Source of the DNA: Priapulus caudatus
Lineage: Eukaryota
Reading direction: 5' to 3'
NCBI RefSeq assembly: GCF_000485595.1
Contig: NW_014577065.1
Span: 206,846-226,845, forward strand
DNA length: 20,000 nucleotides
The position numbers and the translations under genes were made by a program. Positions 1-11,430 of this stretch are shown one piece after another (positions within the stretch are counted from its first letter, which is position 1; each line of letters begins with the position of its first letter). The notes under the pieces were generated by a model. It made no database searches, was not told the origin of the DNA, and saw nothing but the letters and a program-made list of their open reading frames with translations.

Positions 1-67
1 GGGCGTTCTGAATTTGGTGAGATAACTGTGTCATAATTTTCGACGACGAAATTTACATGGTTATTTA

Positions 68-630
68 CGCGCGCGCGCGTGCGCGTGACGTGCCTGTGGC
101 TGTGTGTGTAGCGTGCCCCAGTGGCAGTGCGTGAATTGTGTGCTGCGTGCATGCGTGTGCGTGTCGTGTGTGTGTGGTGTGTGTGTGGTGTGTGTGTGTG
201 TGTGTGTGCTCCTTGTTGTGTGGCGGTGTGTGTGGCTGTGTGTGTGTTTGGTGTGTGTGTGTGTGTGTGTAGGTCCCATGGTGTGTGTGTGTAGGCGTCG
301 TGCTGGTGTGCTGTGTGCGTTCGTGTGTGTACCTCGTGTGGTGGTGGTTGGGAGTAGAGAAGAAGAAGCAGGATAGCTCCGTGTTGTTTGGGTATCAGCC
401 TGCGCGTTGTGTGTGTGTAGAATATGGCGAGTGAGAGAGAGAGAGAGGGATGGAATGATGTGTGTGTGCGTGTGATTGTTGTGCCGTGTGGAGAGGTGTG
501 TATTGCAAATGTGCGCAAATTAAGAGATCTATTTATTCTGAGATTATGAGGACTGTTGTGATGCGTGGATTTCTCGAGAGGTTACAGCGAGGGGCGTGTT
601 TGTGTGCTGGTGCGTGGCAGTGTGTGCGTT
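68..630. repeat. Degenerate (CG)n/(GT)n microsatellite region with a short (GA)n
   Basis: Heavily interrupted GT runs; (GA)n near 433-447. Confidence 0.85.
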
Positions 631-1687
631 TTAGAGACTTGCATTAGGTCTGCGTGTCACTCCCCCCTTATGCTTTTCGTTGAATGTGCAGGCCAGCCCG
701 TTCCCTTTACCATGAGCCACGCCGGTGACGCGCCGTTAAGGAGAAGATTCTCAGATTACGCAGCGACAATACTACGATAGCCATATACTGTCATTTTTGC
801 GCTTCATCGAAGTTTGATCAGACCGGGGCCAAATGCGACATGATGAGCAGAAATCGGGATTGGGGAGGGGACGGAGACGGTGGTGCACTCGGTGAGGTTA
901 CTAACCGGAGACGACATTGTTTGACAAAGATAAAATCGACGCACCGGAGACGGAGGATGTGTGAAGAGCATTGTTTGGTGTGTTAGACGATGATGTGGTA
1001 ATGGCTCCTGAAGAGTGTAGCCCAGAGACCCCCTTTAGGAGCGCGAGTGCCTCGAGCGCCGTTAGCGCATGCGGGTATAGAGAAGGGAACAAAGGAGCCG
1101 TGTTTAAAGATACGGAATAGCATGACAAACGGAAGCCAGCGAAACAGTACGCGAGCGCAGAACGGATTGCCCCAAGAGCAAAGACGAGAGGAGAGAGAGG
1201 ACCGTAGCGCGAGCCATTCACCTAATTAAGATGGAGAGCGGTTCTTGCTAATCGGAGCGATAAGAAAACTCAAATGCGGCGTTTTCGCTTATGATAGCTC
1301 TGACAATACACACGGAGCCGCCGAAGAGAAGATAGTAGACGGCTGATTTTTTCTCGAATGTTTCTTCTAGTAGAGCGCCTGTCGCTGCGACAGTTGCAAG
1401 ATTTTTCTGACGTGTTCAGGCGATGCTGAGCGCCGCAGTAGCTGGATGTCACATGATTTCTGCATGTCGGAGGAATGTGTAATCCTTACACGAAGAAATA
1501 CGGTTGTAGGCTGAATTCGATTCCTAGCGGTCGATACCCGCCGAGACCGCAAACGCTTCTTCGTAATCGCTTGAGAATAAGGGATGTTAATTTAGCGTAT
1601 GCTGATATTAATTCATTCGCTCGATATTAAGTTTTACGAATCTATTGAATCACATTAATAGTATATTCAATAGGATTTGCTCGTCAA

Positions 1688-2030
1688 GTGGTTGTGTGTG
1701 TGTGTGTGTGTTGGGATGTGTGGTGTTGTGTGTGTGATTGTGGTGTGATTCGTGTGTGTTGTTGTCGCGCGCTCAGGCTTAGACCGCGCGCGTCTGTGCG
1801 CGTGGGGTGTTGCGCGTGGTGGGTGATGCTTGGGGTAGTGCGTGCGAGTGTGCGTGTGCTGCGTGTCGGCAGTCGCTCGTCGTGCGTTGCGCGTGCACGT
1901 TGTGTGTGCGGTATAGTGTACGCTGCCACGACTGTGTGTTGGCTTTATATGGGGTTGCGCGTGTGCACGTGACTCAGGTGCGCCGCCGCTATATGTGCTG
2001 CGCGCTGCGTGTGTTGGTATTAGTGTTGTG
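1688..2030. repeat. Degenerate (GT)n/(GC)n microsatellite
   Basis: Interrupted GT runs grading into GCGT-type repeats. Confidence 0.8.
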
Positions 2031-2439
2031 ACACGCCCTGTGACGTTGGAGTGTATATTCGAGAAGAGGGATTGGTCACTGCTAGTAGCAGATAGATCGC
2101 GCTTCTAGCTAAACGAGATTTTGATAGGTGACAATTCTATTAGCATCCCACGGAGGACCCGTGGTGAGGAAATGATGCGAACATACAATCATATTCCTTT
2201 CGTGACTGTGAAGCCTGTCATGGATAAAACTACACATCTTTCGTCATATTATTTTATCGGTTACGGTAAGGATGTCATGCCAAAACGAGACGAATCGAGG
2301 CGCGTATTACCAACGTAGATTTTCCTTAATCATTTGAGCTTAACTGACGCACTCCGCTGGTGACTGCTGTTTTTTTGTATGGGTGGATTGGATTTGTGGA
2401 GATTGTGTGAGAATGCAGGGAAGCGCACCTGTTAACGAT

Positions 2440-2895
2440 CAGATGCGGAGAGGATAAGGAGAGAAGGGAAGCAGGAGGAGAGAAGAGAGAGAGAGAAGGA
2501 GACGACGTTCGCATGGAGAGAGCAGGTACGAACGAGACGAGAGAGGGGGGTGTACGTAGAGAGACTGACGCGCGAGAGAGAGAGAGAGCAGGACGCGAGA
2601 ATGGAGTTCATGAGTAGAGAGAGGCAAGAGAGAGCAGCAGAGAGAGAGAGACGAGAGAGAGAGAGGGTAGGCGCATAGTCAGAAGAGAGAGACAGGGCGA
2701 GAGGGTTCAGTGGGATTTTGAAGCACGCGGTGAGGAGAAGAGAGAGATAGAGAGGCACGAGAGAGACAGAGAGAGGAGAGAGTGGAGAGAACGAGGAGCA
2801 GGAGAGAAGACCAGCACGCCGACTGGTATCGAGAAGATGAGACAGAAGAGCACGATGATCGAAGAATAGGAGACCAGAGAGCCTGTAGAGAGAGG
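2440..2895. repeat. Degenerate (GA)n microsatellite
   Basis: Purine-rich, heavily interrupted GA runs. Confidence 0.85.
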
Positions 2896-4148
2896 TACCG
2901 TTACTGATCGAGGGTAGCTGCGGTACCTGAATCCAGAGAACGGAGGAGAATTACCAAAGGCGTCACCAGACCGAGTCGCGTTGAAGACCGTCGTTCGGAC
3001 GATCCGGCGGATCCGTGATTGTAGATTTTCTGGATGAATATTTATTCGCGGTATAGTTGGCTTAGTGATGAGAAGGAGATGTTTCAGTAATGTTTCTAAA
3101 AGCAATGCTTTTAGAATTTCTTAAGATACTTTTGTCAAGATAATAACGCGGGAGCACTTGGGAGATCGAGTGGAGAGAGAAAGAATAGGGAACAGAGAAC
3201 ATGAATGAATGGGAGGTAAGACTCGTTGAGTACGAATGAAGATAGGTAGATAGTGGGAGCGTCTAGGCGGCCAGGATCTGTAGAGCACAATGGGCGCTCA
3301 GACAACCGCGGAGTCAATTTTAGACAGCTGTAGCGATTTTATATTATTATAGTCTGATCGCTTATTGTCTTTGTAGTGTTCCCTACTGATGTAATTGAAT
3401 TGGTCAGATATTTCTCGAATGATTTAAATTACGTGCTGTATACTTCTTTGTATCCTATGATGTTTTTTATATATTGGTTACGCGCTTGCGATGTGACGTG
3501 GTTATAATTCCCAGCCCATAAAGTCTCGAGAATACATATGCAAACGTGCCGATTGTTCATTGCTATATTCTCTGCGAGCTCTCGTTAGCACAGCTGTGCG
3601 ATCCATAGGCAAGCCCCGGTACATGCTAAAATCTAATAATCAGATGCTTTTCGCGTTTATCAGACGGCTCTGATATGTATTAACGCTCTTTACGTATAGT
3701 TGATATGTAATTGGGCTATTATGTCGAGGTAATGTATCTAACTGTTCCGCATATTGACGCACACCGACGATCAGTGTGCCACGTGATGGTGATTACGAGC
3801 GACGGGTTTATCACAGTGACACGCTTTGCGTTGCCGCAAATTAAATTGCGTATGTAATAATATGGTCTAAACAAGTAATAATAGTATCAGTGCGTCATCT
3901 CGTGGCGTCTTTGAGTGAGAACCGCCTCGCTAACCCCGCTCGGTGCAATGCGTTCTTTTTATCCGCTTACGATCAATTGACGGTAAATGACAAGAACGGT
4001 GTGAGTAATGGAAGAGACCTTCATTTAGCCGTAGAATTATACTAGCAGACGACAACTTTTAGATATATTCTAACGAACACAAACGGAACAACGCATCAGC
4101 TTTTTCTTTCGCGCGAAAGACCAGGGACGCCATCTTCCAAAGACGGAA

Positions 4149-5343
4149 TCCATCCAGTTCGAGTCACCATTAATACAAATTCCATCCATCTCATAGAACT
4201 CATCCATACGCATCCAGTGATTCACCAATAAGCCGACTTACCATATCCTATCTTATCCATTCGCACTCCCAATCCACCATCCATCCGAATCCATCCATAC
4301 TATTATCCACTTCCACATCCGTCCTATTCATCTTAATCTAATCCATCCCAGTCCATACACTATCCATCCATCACAGGACAGTCCATCCATCCATCCATCC
4401 CTGGCTCCATCGCATCCTATCCATCCGATTCCATCCAATCCATTCAATCCATTGCGCCATCCATCCATGCCATGCCATATCGATCCAATCCATCCATCCA
4501 TCCATCCATCACAGTGTACCAAATCCATCCATCCCATAACCATCCATCCATGCCATCCATCCATCCATCCAATCCATCCATCCATCCATCCATCCATCAA
4601 TCCATCGCATCCATCCATCTCATTCCATTCACATCCATCGAATCCATCCATTACATCTATCCATCCATCCATCATCCATCGTCCCCATCCATCCGATCCA
4701 TACTCACAATTGGCACATCAGATATGCATATTCGTCAAGTCCATCGTAATCCATCCTATACACATCCAATTCGCAATCCATCCAGTTACCATCTTGAGTG
4801 CACATCCATTCGACGAATCCATTCATACATCGATCCAATACACATCGTAGTCCATCCCAATATCCAGTCACATCCGAATCTCATACCATCAGACATCCAG
4901 TCGAGTGCGAAATAGCCTCAATTGTACAAATCTCGCATCCATGACTCCGATCTTGAAGATCCACAATTCGCAATAGATCAGTCAACGAGTCCATACACAT
5001 CCAATCCATCAGTGTACATCGCATTGATCTCTCTTCCATATTTCTTCCGTATACTGCCAAGAGTCAGTCTAATGACCATGACCATCCAGACTTCCATTCC
5101 ACAAGTCTCGAGAATACCATTCTCATCGTCGTCCAAATACACATTTTTGCACAGTGTTCCATACCCAGTTTCCATCATCTATCACAGTTGTCTCATCCAC
5201 TCCCATCCCAGTCCCAATCCGTGCTCAATCGCGACGAATGCAAAGTGCTCAGACGTGCCATCCTCTACCAGTCCATAGCCATGCCATCCATCACATCACA
5301 ATCCATCCATCCAATCCATCACTTATACCATCCATCCATTCAT
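4149..5343. repeat. Degenerate (CCAT)n tetranucleotide array
   Basis: The core at ~4380-4700 is close to pure CCAT; the flanks are increasingly scrambled. Confidence 0.88.
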
Positions 5344-5379
5344 CTAATACTATACCTAGGATAAACGTGTACATCGTCG

Positions 5380-5630
5380 GGGTGTGTTTGTGGTGAATTT
5401 ATAGTGGCAAGTATGTGGAACGTTCAGTAAGGTGTGCAATTGTAAGTGTGCGGTAGCCATGGGATATATGTGTGTGTGTGATGTGTGTTGTAGATGATTG
5501 CTGAATGTGTGTCGTAAAAGCATGAAGATTACTTGTGCTGTGACGATCGACTCGTGTGTGCTAGTGCTGGTGTATGTGTTGTGTGTGTGTGCCGCTGCAT
5601 GTGTGAGCGTGTGTTGTGCCTGGTGTACAC
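5380..5630. repeat. Degenerate (GT)n region
   Basis: Interrupted GT runs. Confidence 0.7.
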
Positions 5631-6339
5631 ATATCAGAGTGTGATAAATCCTCGGGATAAACCCACCGAGACATTCGCAGAGAGAGAGTCCACTGCCCTC
5701 TATATATAAACTCTCTCATACCGGCTTACAATGCCATCTACTAGAATCAGCATACGCGCCGCATCTGAAACATCGATTAGGCCTACGCCCGCTGCAGTGC
5801 ATCACGTGTGATGCTCTCAATGTGACAGCGCTAATCCCACATTCTCGTTGAAATTTATACATTATTAGAATAAGAAACAAAGAAGAGAATTTTTTTGCTG
5901 GCTCAATTGAACGGAGTGTTCCTTAGTGCGCACGTTAAAGTGTTCGCAGCCTCTGTGACCTTCTATGGAAAGCCGCGTATTTGCTGTGACAGCTGCCGCC
6001 TAAAGACAATCTAAATCATCATCCTTGTCGTTGTTGAGTGCGTGCATGGCGGAAACGCCCCCCGCCCCCACCCGGTTAGGGACGGGACGGTAGCACGTCG
6101 CGCACGACGCCCGCACGGTTCTTCCTGGTGGCAGCGGGACGCGGGCGCGTCTGGAAACGCACCCCCCCGACTCGCGCCCGAGTGCCCCCCGCGACCCGCC
6201 ATGCATGACGCCGAGAGAGCAGGCGAGAGCGGGCATGGACGAGGCTATGTAGTCCTCTCCAGCGTGACACTTGCCACTGTACCTTTTCTACCAGCATTTT
6301 CATCTATGATGTGATGACCCAAGATATGCGATCATTGAT

Positions 6340-6870
6340 GAGTCGCAGATCATTCATCATATCCATCATCATGTGTTATCATCCCATTATCACTCACCAC
6401 CAACCGACTACCACCACCACCACCACACCACCACCACACCACCACCACCACCACCACACCACACCACACCACCACCACACCACCCACCACCACCACCACC
6501 ACCACCACTCACCACACCACCTACCACCGACCACCGCACCCGACCGCCCACACAGACGCCCACTCCAGAACCCACCACCAATCCTTAACTCACAAACTGC
6601 CACACCTCAACCACCACACTCCACCGACCATCACCACGCCTCACCCACATCCACCACCCACGCTACCGAGACTACCAAACATCGCACACCACCAACAACC
6701 ACAGCCACGCTACGCCGAACCACCGCGCCACAGCGCACGCCACCCGCACACCACCACCACCACCACCACTATCAACAATCATCATCACCATCATCGTCGT
6801 CGTCGTCGTCGTCGTCGTCTTTGTCATCTTCATCGTTATCATCTTTATCTCGACCATATCATCTATGATC
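6340..6870. repeat. Compound trinucleotide repeat (ATC)-(CCA)n-(ATC)-(GTC)n
   Basis: Visible runs; the source of the poly-His/Thr/Pro/Ser ORFs. Confidence 0.88.
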
Positions 6871-9618
6871 ACCAACTACAGGTCTGTATTTTGTCCACTC
6901 CATATCTCTTTGCTTAGCCTTGCACCTGTCTGCTACAATCGTACAAATTACTGTATGCCATCATCGTAAACTATTTAAATGTGACTTTAAATTGCTAGTA
7001 CCAAATTCAACTTGCTACGGTACAGGAATCTATTGTAAGCTTATACCACGCATTGAAATTTTTGGGATGCGATAAAGTTTCCCGAGCTCGCCACACATCC
7101 GTCGTGATAGTAGTTTAATTATATTCTATATTTCTCATGCCCGATTTTTCCAGGACCATTTAATATCCACATTGCCGAGCCACATGCGGTTCTTAATAGA
7201 TTCTGTCTAATCTGTCTTCTTATTGGCCTTCACTGATAATCTCATTCTCTTGCTTGCTTCCGTTATATCTTTACACTTTATCGTTCCCCAACACAGATGT
7301 GAAATGCCGACAGTGATATGGCATAACCATCTCTATCAATGTATCAATGTCAAAGTGGTACATTATTCAGTTGTGTAAATTGCGCAAATGTGACTTCTAC
7401 ATGTCCATGGTTATTATCAAAAATTTATTGGATTTATTTTGAATGAAATTGACAATTGTTGTGTTTCTGTAATATGCCGGCTTGTGTTAGCTTTATCATT
7501 CTTAAACGGTTCTAATGCTATGTATGTAATGAATATAAATTATTGTGCGTAATAAATGCATTTATAATTAATTGTGCTATGACACGTCCGTGATGTCCAT
7601 TAGATATCAAACAATGTTTCGTTTGATTCAAACTATTTAGCCTCTCGAATAACAGTTTCTTTGATATTTAAAACAACTCAACATTGAACATATCAGATAG
7701 TAATCCTCATATTAAGATTTAATTAATGCTAGATGTTTCTAGGCCTATTCTTAGATGTCAACCCAATGCAAGCAACGTATGGATCAAATCATACTATTGG
7801 ATGATTTGGAATGGATGGAATGAAATGAAATGGATTTAATCAATTATTCTATTTCATTTCCCAACGAATAGAAAGTGTGCAGCGCGAAATTATCGCAATT
7901 TGATTCGTGATCACCTAGTACGGATTTACTTGTGTCCATAACGTGCGTGAACACTAGTTACGATCGAGGTCATGAACACGATCATATCAGGAGTAGGTAA
8001 AACAAGTTTGTTTTTATTCACTCTTGATGGAATACATGGACGTGATATTATACAAGTGAATATCCAACATATATCATTCATATGACATTAGTTAATAGAC
8101 CCAATGCATCGGGTGTTGCCGTGTTGCAGAGGTTTGGGCGAGGCACAGTTGGTTAGAGAGCACAATGGCTTCAAGCCGTAGAGATATCGTGAAAAATCGC
8201 GAAAGATGGTTGGACGGTGTGGAGTGGACTCGGCACATGCACGTGCCTGGTTTTGTATTTGCGTTCCGTTCCACGTAGCTAATGGTTCTTATACTTTCCC
8301 AATACTATATCTCATAAATATTAAGCGCTAAAATCTGGTATAAGGTAAAAACCGTGGATAGTCGTAGTGAGTCCTATTCTTACTTTAGCCATAGTCAATC
8401 TACGATATACTTTCAACCCTATCTTCTCTCATATAGCCGGTATACGTATTCTAGAGAAAACACGGCTTAGCTCTTTTTTTGCTCAACTTGACGACCATGT
8501 ATTTTTGCGACGAACCGAACAAAGAACTCTCTTTCATGAGATAATTAGAAATGCCGTGATTGCATGCACGATTGAGTTGCCGACTTCATCATTATGCTAG
8601 AAATTAACCAGATTTCGTCGACTCCGCATTACTATTAGCGCACGAATTTTAAAATCACAGCAATCGTAATCGTAAACGGTAACGTGGTTATGATACGCCC
8701 ACACTCCCGTCCCTGATTCATCGTGGTTGATTTACCACGGCGTGTTTCACGCTTATGGATTTATGTAATTACGCATATTTTAAAGCCTGAGGTAGAGTAT
8801 TGAGTCGAAAGCTCGTCCACAATATATTATATATATATATTCCTTTTTCCTCATTAGAGCAAGAAGATCCACTCGAATTACATACACGTGTATGTATAAA
8901 TCAAGTATTGATAATGAAGACTATGAACAAAGCAGAAGTCACAACAGTTTGCCTATCTATAAATGGTTATTCTGTTTAGCCTGCAATTCCGCGTTCTTTG
9001 TCATTATTTCGTTTGTTCTTGCCGTGCACTCACGTATTATAAGCTGATATTTTAGTTCGCAATATTTTGGACGAGCATCGCGCTACTGCATGTAATAAAT
9101 ATTTCATGTTCATAAGTATATTCGCATAGAACAACTGAGTGTATGGTGGGATGTAAGGTTTCCCTAGCATCATAGCGTTGCCTCAATATTTCCGTTTTTA
9201 ATAGATAAATTGCCCCACACAAGAGAGCGCACTGTTTTGACTAGACACGAGCACAACGCGAAAGTCGCAGATGTTAGACATCGGTTTCAAATAGTCGAAT
9301 ATCTGTATAACATTGTTTTAGTGCATCACTACTAAATCTACACTATGCCGACAAAGAACATTAAAGCTTCAAGATACTATAGAGAACATACAGGCTAATG
9401 TAACAGATGGTTTGGGTTTAAAATGAGCAAATCGTTATGGTTGCATATAGTTGCTTCTTTATTTATAATTTAATATACGATATAAATTTACAGTTACCTA
9501 AAACTAACTAAAAGACATTTCTATGACATAGTTACCATGTATGCAATGTAAATCAAGAAGATATACTAGAATAACAACCTGTATCAACTCCCGTAAAACC
9601 CGATTTTCCATTTCACAG

Positions 9619-9699
9619 GGTCAACCATTTAAATTTAGGAAGCTCAGAACCTATAGTTACTCAGACATGACTCGAGAAAAACTGCCTACTTTGGCAAAG
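9619..9699 (+). other. Candidate 81-nt symmetric (phase 0-0) internal exon, GQPFKFRKLRTYSYSDMTREKLPTLAK
   Basis: Acceptor TTTTCCATTTCACAG|G, donor AAG|GTCAGA, 27 open codons. No recognised homology and no partner exons seen. Confidence 0.2.
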
Positions 9700-9780
9700 G
9701 TCAGAGAAACCTTTTAGCACTTTCTACCCACTCGAATGATCGCCATATTTAATTATTTAATATTCTAACATCTAAATATG

Positions 9781-9903
9781 CTACTTTACTGCTTCTGTTA
9801 CTGCTTCTACTGCTGCCGTTGTTGTTGCTGTTCCTTTTACTGCTGCTGCCACTGCCGCTGCTGCTGTTGGTGGTTGTAGGTTACTGCTGCACGGCTGTGC
9901 TGC

Positions 9904-9937
<34 letters not shown>

Positions 9938-10292
9938 GCTACTACCGCTGCTACAACTACTGCAGCTGCTACTGTTGCTGCTGCTACTGTCGCTGCCCTT
10001 ACCACTTTACTGCTTGCTCGCTACCATCACCGCACCGCACCGCCCACCACACGCCACCGCCACCGCCACCCGGCCACCGCACCACCACCCGGCACCGGCC
10101 ACGGGGCCCGCCACCGACCGCCACGCGCCACCGCCACCGCACGCCACGCCACCGCACCCACCGCCACCGCCACCGCGCCACCGGCCACCGCACCACCGCA
10201 CCACCGCTACCGCCACTACACTACTACTATTTATATGCTACATACTTACTACTACGTACTACTTATACTACTACCTGCTGCCTACTACTACT

Positions 10293-10322
<30 letters not shown>
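9781..10322. repeat. Compound repeat (CTG/CTA)n-(CCGCCA)n-(CTA)n
   Basis: CTG-rich 9781-10000, CCG/CCA-rich 10021-10215, CTA-rich 10215-10322. Confidence 0.9.
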
Positions 10323-10324
<2 letters not shown>

Positions 10325-11430
10325 TATTTTACTGCTATTACCACTGGTTCTGCTGCTCTTACTACTACGTAGCTTTGTGAGTTCTTGAATTGCGAGGAGA
10401 CCTACAATCTTCTCAATCTAAGTCCTCGAATTTCCGTTTAGCTCCCTGTCGACCTACATATACTTGCATCTGTCAGAAATGCTACTGCAAATTAGCGTTC
10501 ACGATGGTGAACATCCGCAGTCCCACACATCAGCCGTCAAGACGTTTGTGCAATTAAGGATTTTGACGAGTGCGTCACGTAAACCGATGGTAGTCGATAA
10601 AAGGCCTAGCGGTTAAGCATGGCATTTACCCAATCTCGCAGGCGCCGTGTTGTCGGACTATGGACAGAGGTGATTAGTCGCGATGAAAGCGTCGGTTTTC
10701 AGCGTGCAAGAAAGAGTGACGAAATAAAATGACCAAATTAAAATGTCCACAGATTGGATATGAGGGGCTATTGAAGCATCTGATCCCTGTCTTTCTTATT
10801 AGCTCAGCACGGACAGACCGGCGCAGAGTGCCAGGTACCAGGGAAGGCAAAACAGAGCTGTGCGTATGCCCGGAAAATAATTACGTATACATGGTTTAAA
10901 TCAAGTGCGTTTTGGCGTTGTAAAATAAATTAAATGCATCGTGTCAAGCCGTCAGAGAAAACCTCTACTTGACCTGTCCTGCTGAGTTGATCACGTTCAT
11001 AGTTCATCACAAACATGAAACATATGCAACTCTTAATCATGTGTATGTTTTCCGGCTCCGGCACGAGAAGCTGTGAGTTCCGGTTTTGTAAGTAGAAATA
11101 CGTAGAGGCGTTTACTGCGGGCGAGTGTCGCAGATCTTTCGTTAATTCGTCGCACAGGCATACGTGCTAACAATTACGATAATGAAATATTGTCGTGCTG
11201 CAATTCAGCAATAATGGCCATATAGAAACGAGAAAGAGAGTAAATCGGCGATTTACCTCTTAATGTCAGCGGATTACAGTTTGATTAATAGATTAATTTA
11301 ATTAATTAATTGATTGATTAATCTGAGTTTAATCTCCATTCTCAATTTAACAAAGCCATATGTCCAAACCGAAGCTGTCTCAGCTATCCATTTTCAGGCA
11401 TAACGTTCTCTTTGACGACGTAATACCAAA
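10323..11430 (+). repeat. Copy A of a ~1.1 kb non-coding direct repeat
   Basis: Collinear with 18731-19807 along its whole length, e.g. tacttgcatctgtcagaaatgctactgc at 10461 and 18869. Both copies are preceded by (CTA)n and followed by the same 27-bp array. Confidence 0.96.

Noticed and set aside
2939..2948. AACGGAGGAG resembling part of a PacBio SMRTbell adapter
   Set aside because: A 10-nt match in GA-rich sequence, with no ATCTCTCTC stem and no inverted read structure around it.
6074..6081. GGTTAGGG (CCCUAACC on the minus strand) as a telomerase RNA template
   Set aside because: Only 8 nt; I could not identify a pseudoknot, CR4/5 or H/ACA domain nearby.
61..6875. His/Thr, Val/Cys, Leu/Ser, HPSI and poly-His/Pro ORFs
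   Set aside because: These are translations of GT, GA, CCAT and CCA repeats, open in several frames and on both strands.
7822..7860. Inverted repeat GAAATGAAAT / ATTTCATTTC
   Set aside because: Short, low-complexity and AT-rich; no context suggesting function.
9781..10388. Poly-Ala, poly-Leu, Pro-rich and poly-Tyr ORFs resembling a membrane or extensin-like protein
   Set aside because: Fully explained by CTG, CCGCCA and CTA repeats.
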